Below are positions 28,767-37,500 of a DNA stretch of 64,000 nt, one piece after another. How positions within the stretch are numbered: the stretch's first letter is position 1; each line of letters opens with the position of its first letter. Under the pieces are notes generated by a model. It was given only the letters and a program-made list of their open reading frames with translations, ran no database searches and had not been told where the DNA came from. Origin of the DNA: Pseudomonadota bacterium. Its GTDB lineage: Bacteria > Pseudomonadota > Alphaproteobacteria > Rhizobiales > CBDHHC01. The stretch lies in NCBI GenBank assembly GCA_039033475.1, contig JBCCCO010000004.1:7097-71096 (forward strand), read 5' to 3'. The translations under genes were made by a program, and so were the position numbers.

Positions 28767-31403
28767 ATGTGGCAAAGTCATCCGTATAGTAAGAAAAGTT
28801 TATCAAACCACTCTATTCAAAATAAAACTCTTAAAACTCATATTAACAAACAAGCACCATCATTTTCGTTTCTAACCTCGTTTCACAGATTCCTTGTTCT
28901 TCTCGGCCTTGGTTTTTTATCCTGGTTTACAACATACACAGGCATTCTTGAGTTTATAAAAGCAAATTCTGGAGAACTGAATTTTCAATTTCGATTAGCC
29001 GTCGCATTTGCCGTTGCCATGCTCACGTTAATGACCATTTATATTTTGAATAATCTGTTTTCTCCGCTAAAGTGGTGGTTACGTAGTGCCTACATCTTTG
29101 GCTATGTTTTTCTAACCTTGATTTCTGTTGGATTTGGTTTTGGATTTTATTGGAAATTCTTGGAATCCCGGACTGCTGCAAATCATTCAGCACAAACAGC
29201 AATTTCCAATGTCCAAACATCGTTACACGCAGCCTATACCCGCTTGGCACAACTGCAAACAACACTAGATGCTCTCAGTCTTCTTTCCAAACGCAAAGCC
29301 GAGCAAGAGCGTACGATTGGCAAAACATGTCATAAAAGTCCACCGGGAGATGGGCCTCGGCTTCGTTTGCGAAATGATGACGCTTACAGATTTAATTTTG
29401 CATCTCAACTGGTCAGTCAGCGCGTAAAACTCATTAATCAAGACATTGTCAATTTGAATACCTATGCAGACAAGCTGGCACGTTCCTATGCACTTCAACG
29501 CCCAAAGGAAACTCAGAAACAACACAGCAAAGCACACTATCAATTCTTACGCGCACTAGACCAGAAACTCAATCTGATCCTTGCCAGATTTAATACCTTC
29601 CGCACAGATCCACAACTACTGCAATTTCGCGATGACTTTGCAAAACGCGCCAATCAAAAATATTTTAAGACAAGCTCAGGCCGAACATTTTTCTGCCCAG
29701 ATAGACAATTACAAAGCGCACTCCTTGGTGCCGTTAAAGCCATTGACGAAATCCCCCAGATAGAGAAATCCGACATTCTTACGATAGAAGGTTCCGAAGC
29801 TGTTATTGAAGCCTTCCGCAGATTAATCACAACTTTTACAAGCGTAATAACATTTCAGCTTTCCTCAAGTGCGCCCCCCAGCACAAAGAACGTAATAGCT
29901 CTATCACAAAATAATAGAATGAGCGCTCTGCCTAAATATTCAGTAGAAAATAGCCTACAAAAGCAACAGCGATTTTTATCGTTAGAAAAACGTAAATCAG
30001 GATTAAGCGAGCGAGATTACCTTCCCTTGTTCATCGCACTTTTTGTGGATTTATGCATTCTGCTGGTTTCCATGAACCGCTCAGTTAATCGATTGCACCC
30101 CATTTTAAAATTAACAAGGAATACGCCGGATGAACGACTACACTACATTTTAAAGTCTTTTCATGATGTGCATATGGAAAACCGCTCCAGTCATTTGGAT
30201 ATTTTTTACAACACAATTTTTGATATCGGCTCAAAACAATATGTTGCAGTCCCAATAGATATGCGCTCAACCACAGGGCCTCATGATGGCTCCCTCGCGG
30301 ATCGATTGTACTATAAAAATCATGAAAACAAGCATGCGCAGATGAGATATCTTAATACGCTTATGGTTACCCTTGAAGAAGCCGGTATGGTCCAAAGAGC
30401 AAACCATATCAGCACTGCACGAGCAGGACGCAGATTACGTCAGCTAAAGAGCCCATATGCCGACGCACCTGGTTTTCGCATCTATTCTTTCAAGAAAAAT
30501 GCATGGCCCACAATTATTCTCAATGATATTCTAGGTCAAGCTGATGAAATGAATGAGGAAAAGAGCATAACGCCTCCACCAATTCCAGTTGAGAGCCTTT
30601 CTCTCCCACCACCTAATAGATTGTCTGATCAAAACACACAGCTGAGCTACTATGGTGATGATGAAAAAAATGAAGGTGAGAAGAGCACTCATCACGTAAA
30701 AGAGGCAAAGGCTAGTTATTATCCAAGAAAAGAGCATTTGCAAAATTTTTATGAAGATAAGAGATCACTTTCAGAACGGCTTGCCTTAAACGTACACACT
30801 TCTTCATCTCTCAAAGTAGGTCATTCGCGCAATATACAAAAAACGCTTTATAGCAAATCACATTACCTTCTCAATGCGATCAGCTCATTCATTGCAAAAA
30901 TGCCAGATACAAAAATACTTTATCGAAAATTGGAGCACATTATACCGCCCACCTACGTCAAAGGAGGCATGTCATTGCTGTCTGAGTCATGTCGCAAATT
31001 TGCCAAAACATACTTCACACCACAGAAATTTAGACCTTCTCATATTCACCATCAATGGCATAAAACGCATGATGTAAACTTTGGAGGATCTCACTCGTTT
31101 TCATCGGAAAAAATTGCCCAGTCAGAATCAACAAACGCTCTTCACAAGACTGAAATGTTAAAGACCTCTGAACTTACTCAGGGTTTTGCAAACACCTGTG
31201 AAAACTCTTTGCCTATTGTAGAAGTCGCGCCACAATCACAAAATCCGAAAATAAATACAATGCAATCATTTGAATTTGAAAAGAGAATTAAAAAAATCCA
31301 TCAATACAATGAAAAATATGATGAAACTTTGGAGATAGAAATTGAAAAAATAGCCAAGAATTTTGCTTACCATGGCCCCCAGTATCAAGATCAGGAGGAA
31401 TAA
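28767..31403 (+). CDS. Hypothetical large membrane protein (3 N-terminal TM, coiled coil, 4th TM, long polar C-terminus), no family recognised
   Basis: ORF of 885 aa from TTG 28746, or 878 aa from ATG 28767. TM segments FLVLLGLGFLSWFTTYTGILEFI, LAVAFAVAMLTLMTIYIL, IFGYVFLTLISVGFGFGFYW and LPLFIALFVDLCILLVSM, with a heptad-like region between TM3 and TM4. Confidence 0.7.
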   Translation: MWQSHPYSKKSLSNHSIQNKTLKTHINKQAPSFSFLTSFHRFLVLLGLGFLSWFTTYTGILEFIKANSGELNFQFRLAVAFAVAMLTLMTIYILNNLFSPLKWWLRSAYIFGYVFLTLISVGFGFGFYWKFLESRTAANHSAQTAISNVQTSLHAAYTRLAQLQTTLDALSLLSKRKAEQERTIGKTCHKSPPGDGPRLRLRNDDAYRFNFASQLVSQRVKLINQDIVNLNTYADKLARSYALQRPKETQKQHSKAHYQFLRALDQKLNLILARFNTFRTDPQLLQFRDDFAKRANQKYFKTSSGRTFFCPDRQLQSALLGAVKAIDEIPQIEKSDILTIEGSEAVIEAFRRLITTFTSVITFQLSSSAPPSTKNVIALSQNNRMSALPKYSVENSLQKQQRFLSLEKRKSGLSERDYLPLFIALFVDLCILLVSMNRSVNRLHPILKLTRNTPDERLHYILKSFHDVHMENRSSHLDIFYNTIFDIGSKQYVAVPIDMRSTTGPHDGSLADRLYYKNHENKHAQMRYLNTLMVTLEEAGMVQRANHISTARAGRRLRQLKSPYADAPGFRIYSFKKNAWPTIILNDILGQADEMNEEKSITPPPIPVESLSLPPPNRLSDQNTQLSYYGDDEKNEGEKSTHHVKEAKASYYPRKEHLQNFYEDKRSLSERLALNVHTSSSLKVGHSRNIQKTLYSKSHYLLNAISSFIAKMPDTKILYRKLEHIIPPTYVKGGMSLLSESCRKFAKTYFTPQKFRPSHIHHQWHKTHDVNFGGSHSFSSEKIAQSESTNALHKTEMLKTSELTQGFANTCENSLPIVEVAPQSQNPKINTMQSFEFEKRIKKIHQYNEKYDETLEIEIEKIAKNFAYHGPQYQDQEE

Positions 31404-31631
31404 AGAGAGTACTATGAAATAAAAAACATATTTTCGATTATTTTTTTATCCATAATCCAAAAATGCAAACATTCATTAACTGATGAGATTTAAAAATTAA
31501 GATGTTTCACTAGCATAAAAAATCTGGCCTTAATATCTAGATTGCGAGTTAACGTAATTAAGTGTGTTCTGCGTATTTACGGCTAACATCAATTTGATCT
31601 TTACGCCTTTTAGTACAAAGAGATTATAGTT

Positions 31632-32282
31632 ATGAGATTTTTTTCAAATATCTGCGACGACTATCTATTTGCATCTGACAAGCAAGTAGAAAGTTTTGAT
31701 CATTTTATTACAATGTATTTCGATTATCTGGATAGTCACAGGCATACGTCAGGTTGCATAAAAGAGGAGTATCAAGTTCGACTGATTGCCAGCTCTCCAG
31801 AATCTGCGGTTGCTCGCGCATTGGCCAAACGCACTGAAGAATTTTATGCCCGCGACATAAGGATAAAAGCAATTTTTGCCAATTTGATTTCGGCCGATGC
31901 TTTATCTACATGGATTGAAGGTGAAACTGCATTAACAAAAGGCGTACTTACAGAAAATTTGCGTTGGGCCAAAAAGCCAAGTCTTTTAGAAGCTCATGAA
32001 CAACTTGTATTAGGTGTTACTATGTGTTGGTCTGGTGATACCATGCGGCGCCAAACAGACCGCCGATATGTTATGGATTTATTCAAGCACGATGCACCTA
32101 ATGAAACCCGTTTGGCAAATTCGGCGTTTGATGCGATTTGGGCAGCCTCCATACCCGTATCCAAAACTCAGGTGAAAAAGATGGCGCAAAGCCGTGATTT
32201 TAACGCGGCCTTAGAAACTGATACTCTTTTGACAGAACTCTGGCCATCACACTTGCATACAAGTATCTCAACACGCCACTAA
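31632..32282 (+). CDS. Hypothetical cytoplasmic protein, no family recognised
   Basis: 216-aa ORF with no signal peptide or TM. Supported only by ORF length and by sharing orientation with its neighbours. Confidence 0.5.
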   Translation: MRFFSNICDDYLFASDKQVESFDHFITMYFDYLDSHRHTSGCIKEEYQVRLIASSPESAVARALAKRTEEFYARDIRIKAIFANLISADALSTWIEGETALTKGVLTENLRWAKKPSLLEAHEQLVLGVTMCWSGDTMRRQTDRRYVMDLFKHDAPNETRLANSAFDAIWAASIPVSKTQVKKMAQSRDFNAALETDTLLTELWPSHLHTSISTRH

Positions 32283-32327
32283 GATAACATTTTGCATTCG
32301 TATTAAGGTTCATTATCGAAACAGGCC

Positions 32328-32434
32328 CTACAGCATGTCAATTTCGGCGACACCTCATCTGGCAAGCTGTAGTTTTTTAAAAACGAGCAATTTTACAACC
32401 TGAATTGAATTCAATTCAGGTTGAATCGCTCTAG
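32328..32434. repeat. Copy A of a ~106-bp intergenic repeat (two hairpin modules plus a T6A5 tract)
   Basis: CTACAGCATGTCAATTTCGGCGACACCTCATCTGGCAAGCTGTAGTTTTTTAAAAACGAGCAATTTTACAACCTGAATTGAATTCAATTCAGGTTGAATCGCTCTA. The reverse complement of 60828..60933 matches it with 5 mismatches. Confidence 0.9.
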
Positions 32435-32506
32435 GGTCTGTTAAAATAGTGTATGCGATTATGCTCTTGGCATCTTTATATTTAATACTATAAAAGTAAT
32501 GTAAAT

Positions 32507-33046
32507 TTGTCTTACAATGCTTTGGAGTTTTTAGTGGCTGGCAATCAAACAATATTCTTTTGTTTTACGCTTTGTTTGACTTTGGTAAAGGTGTTGACCT
32601 TGCCTCTTTACGCACAGTTAAAAGAAATACCGCTCGATTTGCAGGTTGATATTACCCTTCCAGAGAAAGCAGACCCTCTTGTAAAAAAATTAAATCCAAG
32701 CGACCCCCCCAATGCAGACCCCGAAAAAACATTGTTTGCTCCTCTAAAAACAATATCTTACGATGGCGTTTGGGTTGTGAAACAAACAGCAAGTGCTTGC
32801 AATGAAAAGCTAAACGATTTTAAAATTAGAATTTCAGGTAAAGAAATTGATACATTTATTGGGCTGGATGTTGAAGGCACTATAAAAGATGCCGGTAAGT
32901 TCGAAATGGATGCCGCGACTGCCTACTGGTCCATTAAATTTACAGGCAAACTTGAGAACAAAATGGGCAGAGGTGTTTGGATACGCAAATATACCGGCAA
33001 AAAAAATTGCTCTGGAGCCATACAACTCGTACGTGTTAACAGTTAA
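32507..33046 (+). CDS. Hypothetical secreted protein, no family recognised; contains a C7 tract
   Basis: 179-aa ORF with a non-ATG start in the track, so the start is uncertain. The hydrophobic N-terminus FFCFTLCLTLVKVLTLPLYA looks like a signal peptide. It lies 41 nt upstream of the next gene on the same strand. Confidence 0.5.
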   Translation: MSYNALEFLVAGNQTIFFCFTLCLTLVKVLTLPLYAQLKEIPLDLQVDITLPEKADPLVKKLNPSDPPNADPEKTLFAPLKTISYDGVWVVKQTASACNEKLNDFKIRISGKEIDTFIGLDVEGTIKDAGKFEMDAATAYWSIKFTGKLENKMGRGVWIRKYTGKKNCSGAIQLVRVNS

Positions 33047-33087
33047 AGAACCAATTTGAGTTTCGACACTTTCCTTATGGTAAAAAT

Positions 33088-34224
33088 ATGTTGTTACGAA
33101 CCTTAATTTTATTCGTTTCACTCATCATGGGCGTTACCACACAGCCTTCCTATGCAGCAACCGAATATACGTTTGTAACAGGCAATTGGCGTGGACAAGC
33201 CCATTATCAAGAAAACGGCCGTTTTCGCTCATGCACGATGTTTGCCAGCTATAAAAGTGGCGCTGAAATCTTTTTTGTTGTTGATGAGAATATGGTCTGG
33301 GCTATGGGCATTAACAAAAAGTCGATAAATTTTTCGCAGGACACAACGCAAAAAGCTCGCGTTCAAATTGACCTCAATGAACCTATATCAGGTAACGCAA
33401 AAATCCTCTCAAACAAAGGATTTTCTATTCGATTTGATAATTCAAAAGAAATTCTTAGCCGTTTAAAACGTGGCTATCAAATGATCGTAAGCCTTGATAA
33501 TCTTAAAATGCGTTTTGAACTGAAAGGCACAAATAAAGCGATATCAAATTTGTTAAATTGCGCACTTGCACGAAGCACCTATGTTGCCTCTCCAAAAAGA
33601 AATCCAAAACGTGCCGTTAGCCCCCCCCCTCTCAAAGAACAAAACCAAGACAGCAACCGTACACCAAAAATTCTAGAAAATGCAGCCGTTAGGGTAAACA
33701 AACCCACCAAACAATTTGATAGTAATATTTTTTCATCTGGCCAAAATATATCCCATCAAAAAGCCCTAGAATTCGTAAAAAATTTATTTAAACGCCGAGG
33801 TCTTGTGGTGCCTCAATTTATTACGCAAGAGAAGCATCCCAAACAAGGGTATAATGTGATGTGGCGCTCGAATAACATACTTTGGGGCATTCTTATTCTA
33901 CGCAATGCAAATGAGCTTAATATTGACCAAGCGGTTGGTAAAATTATCGGACAGGACGCATCAGCATGTGACAAGGAGTTCGCTTCAGCAAAAAAAGTGC
34001 TTCAGAGCAAAAACAAGCGTACAATGAGGCATATTTCAACATTATGTGACAACGAAACGGAAACGCATGAAGCGCAATATTCCCTAATTAAAACAGACAA
34101 CGGAACATTTTTAAATATCGCTCAGCATCTCCGCGTTGCTGTTGGTAAAGAACAGTCTCAAACGCTGCCACAAAATGATTTTCTTATTAATCCAGATCAA
34201 GATATTTTTGATGCAATAAGATAA
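33088..34224 (+). CDS. Hypothetical secreted protein, no family recognised; contains a C9 tract
   Basis: 378 aa with a clear signal peptide, MLLRTLILFVSLIMGVTTQPSYA-ATEY. Confidence 0.6.
   Translation: MLLRTLILFVSLIMGVTTQPSYAATEYTFVTGNWRGQAHYQENGRFRSCTMFASYKSGAEIFFVVDENMVWAMGINKKSINFSQDTTQKARVQIDLNEPISGNAKILSNKGFSIRFDNSKEILSRLKRGYQMIVSLDNLKMRFELKGTNKAISNLLNCALARSTYVASPKRNPKRAVSPPPLKEQNQDSNRTPKILENAAVRVNKPTKQFDSNIFSSGQNISHQKALEFVKNLFKRRGLVVPQFITQEKHPKQGYNVMWRSNNILWGILILRNANELNIDQAVGKIIGQDASACDKEFASAKKVLQSKNKRTMRHISTLCDNETETHEAQYSLIKTDNGTFLNIAQHLRVAVGKEQSQTLPQNDFLINPDQDIFDAIR
33621..33629 (+). repeat. Poly-C(9) homopolymer inside the 378-aa secreted-protein gene
   Basis: Read directly: GTT AGC CCC CCC CCT CTC, encoding VSPPPL. 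It is the longest G/C homopolymer I saw in the window. Confidence 0.95.
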
Positions 34225-34580
34225 AATAGCATTAAACCTCATGCTACTAAATGATGTGAACAAATAGTCAATGCCTAGCGTTTAGGCTGCGTGATACTTT
34301 AGTTGAGATACTGGCATTAATTTATTGCCGAAATTCTACTCATTTAATACCATTCTCTCTTTTTTCATAACATACATCAGATCATATTAACCTAAAGTCG
34401 TAAGTGATCATGGGCTCTGTCTAAGTAGTACGTAGTTTCCTAAGTATTTTTTTCGAATATTCCTTTTGCTTAAGATGCTTTATATTCAGTATATCTGCGG
34501 AATATTATGACCAATATTTGCATTTATAGTACGTTAGATAAGGCGCATTCATATTAAGTATACGGCAATTAGGAAATACA

Positions 34581-37500
34581 ATGGCTTACGATATCGATAC
34601 CTCATACACTCTTGATCCTAGTTTTTTAAAGGGCTCTTCGGCAACAGAATTTCAAGATACAATCAGTGATGAAAGCCTGTTTCTCGATGCTCTGCGTCAA
34701 ACATTTGGCGATGGCATCAGTGAGACAAAAGCAGAAGGTATCCGACAGAAATTGATGGATTGGTTAAAAGGTAACGATGCTGATGCGTTGCCTGAGATGG
34801 TTTTTGTTAAAGAGAGTGCTTTGCCTCAAGGTGTATATGCTGGGTATTTTGCGGGCAATCAACAAGATCCAACAGCTAAATTCTTTATAAGCGAAGCGTT
34901 AATGGATGGGGTCGAAGGGGATATTGAATTAACCGATGTGCTTATTGAAGAGATCGGTCATTATCTTGACGCCGAACTCAATGATGTCGATACCAAGGGT
35001 GATGAAGGCGCGAAGTGGCGTGCCGTTGTAACAAACGATGACAATGCCCTTGCAAATTTAAATCCGGATGAAATTGATACAGTTTCTATTGATTACAAAG
35101 GCAAAACTTACGAAATAGAAGCCTTTAGCGATAAAGCTGTTTTTGATACTTTAATCGGCGATAAAACAAAGCAATCTGGCTTGGTATTAAATAAAGATAT
35201 CTCATTGAGCGCAGATAAGTATCTAGCAGTAGATGATATAGGTAGATCTGACCCTGAAGGAAGGGTCATTCTGACTGCTGTTAAAATGAATGACAAATTC
35301 AGTTTGGTCATATTGAATCGGCACACCCAACAATTTTTTAATATTGATTTATCCGTTTCAATTTCAGATCCAGGTGATAGTAGCATCTCGAAATTATCTG
35401 ACATTTTAATATTAGATTCTAACGGCGCTCTATCTGTCAGGGATGGATATCACTTAGATTTTAAGGAAGGCGGCAAAGTAACCGTCTATAACAATACTTC
35501 TGGCGCTGCTATTTGGAAAAATTATACTCACACAACCAAGGGGCTTTTTGCAAACTATAGCAGTGTTACAGGCACGACTATTGATAGTTCAAGCATTCTT
35601 GAGAAGACACAAAAACTACAGAATGTGCATAATGACCTCACCGTTTTGTTTGATACAGATTCTGAAAAATATGAAGTTTATGTCTTTAATACTTTGGAGA
35701 ATACTGGAGCTTTTGTTGATACATCTTCCGCCCAAGACTTTTTAGCAGTCCATGAAGATGGCTCATTGGTTATGCTAGCTGACTATCAGTTGGAGCTGAC
35801 CCAAATTGGGGATATTATCATTACTGATAAAAATGATGGATCAAGAGTTTGGATGTATGACAGAAGTGCAAATGAGATCCACCATAATTATAGTGATGAT
35901 ACCACGTATGATATTCTTGTTAATGGCGGCACTGATACACGTCCAGGATATACTCCTGCCATTCCTTACATGCAGCCCATTCGGGAGTTCGTTTCAACAT
36001 TAGATACATTTAACGCCTTGTTTGGAGTACCGGATGTTAAGTCTAATCTACATTATGGAGATGTTCTTGACCACACCCAAGTCATAAAAAATGGTAATCT
36101 GGTTTTTGGCGCTGTTCAGCATTTGGGAAGTTATAATACTTCTGATGATACCGCTCGATATGACCTCGTCGTATATAATGAAGCCACAGGTGGAATCCAG
36201 ATTATTAATGAAAACGACAGTCCATTTGGTGAGTTTATTACTTTTGATTCACAAACAGGTAAATTATCTGTCACAGAAGAACATTATGCCTTAACACTTG
36301 ATGGTACAAACCCAGATAGCCCACTGTCTATCGACAACTTAACATTGCAATCCTTCTTTGGTAACAAACAGCTTCTTACAATAGATAGCACCTCTAGCGC
36401 TAAAGACACTTTGGAGGGGGGAGAGTCCCTAGACAACGATCATTACATGAAAATCGCTGGGAGCACCCCAGATGACGGTAATCTATATTTTGGTTTGGTT
36501 CTTGGTGAGTGGGTTGTATTTAATGATAAGACCAATCAATTTGTATCTGTTGATTTTCATACGTATGATACGCATGGAGACAAAACAGATGAACTTGTGG
36601 ACGGCATTACCATAGATAACGGCGCCTTGATAGTGGGCTCTGATTATCGCTTAGAGTTTGAAGAAGGAGGCGCCTTAAAACTAGAGCAAAAAAGCAGCAA
36701 CACTAACAATTACAATGAAACGTGGTCATTTCAAACACAGCAAAAAACTTTTTTCAGTGACTATCAAGTTGTTGACTCTCTAGACCCATCTATACTCCAC
36801 AAAAATATGACACTTTCTGGAGCGGATAAGCAAATGCTAAGGGCAGAGGGACAAGATGCCGCTGGTAATGCTCAAAGTGCAATACTTACCACTGTATATA
36901 ATACAAATTCTGGTACATACGAAGTTTATGTTTTAAACGAGCAAACCCAGACAGGCACTTTTATCGACTTATCTCTAGCAGTACATGCCGGATATCTAGA
37001 GATTGATAGTGATGGCCTTATAACGATGGACAGTAAGTATGGTTTGACACTGCACCAAGACGGCAGGGTTGAAATCACCAATGATCATCCGTTTTGGAGC
37101 TTTGATCCAAGCACTCAAGTTATTACAACGTATGATTATGTCCTTAACAATAACTTTGACACCCCAAATTCCTTGGACCCTGTTCTAGGTGATATACCAT
37201 ACAGCCCACATTTTCCGCCCATTAGAGGTCTAGCTTCTACTGCAGATATTCTAAAGTTATTTACAGAAGGGCGCAACGCACACTCACCTAAATCTGATTA
37301 CTTGCGCCATGGGGAAACGCTCAGCAGCGCAGAATACATGCGTGATGGCAATATTTATCTGGCCGCAATTGATGTAAGTGACAGCAGGTCAAGTAGCTCT
37401 TATGAGCTTATCATGTACAATGCAGATACTGGGGAAAGCGACACTGTTGATGTAGCGCAATATCCGGAACTGAACTTCGACAGAGCTCATGGCACTCTCA

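Noticed and set aside
32355-32552. 65-aa minus-strand ORF overlapping repeat copy A
   Set aside because: It is read through the palindromic repeat element and overlaps the start of the 179-aa plus-strand gene, so it is an artefact of the repeat.
34941-35009. Active HExxH metalloprotease domain in the giant protein
   Set aside because: The motif reads EEIGH (first His missing) and has no third ligand, so I report it only as a degenerate zincin-like motif.
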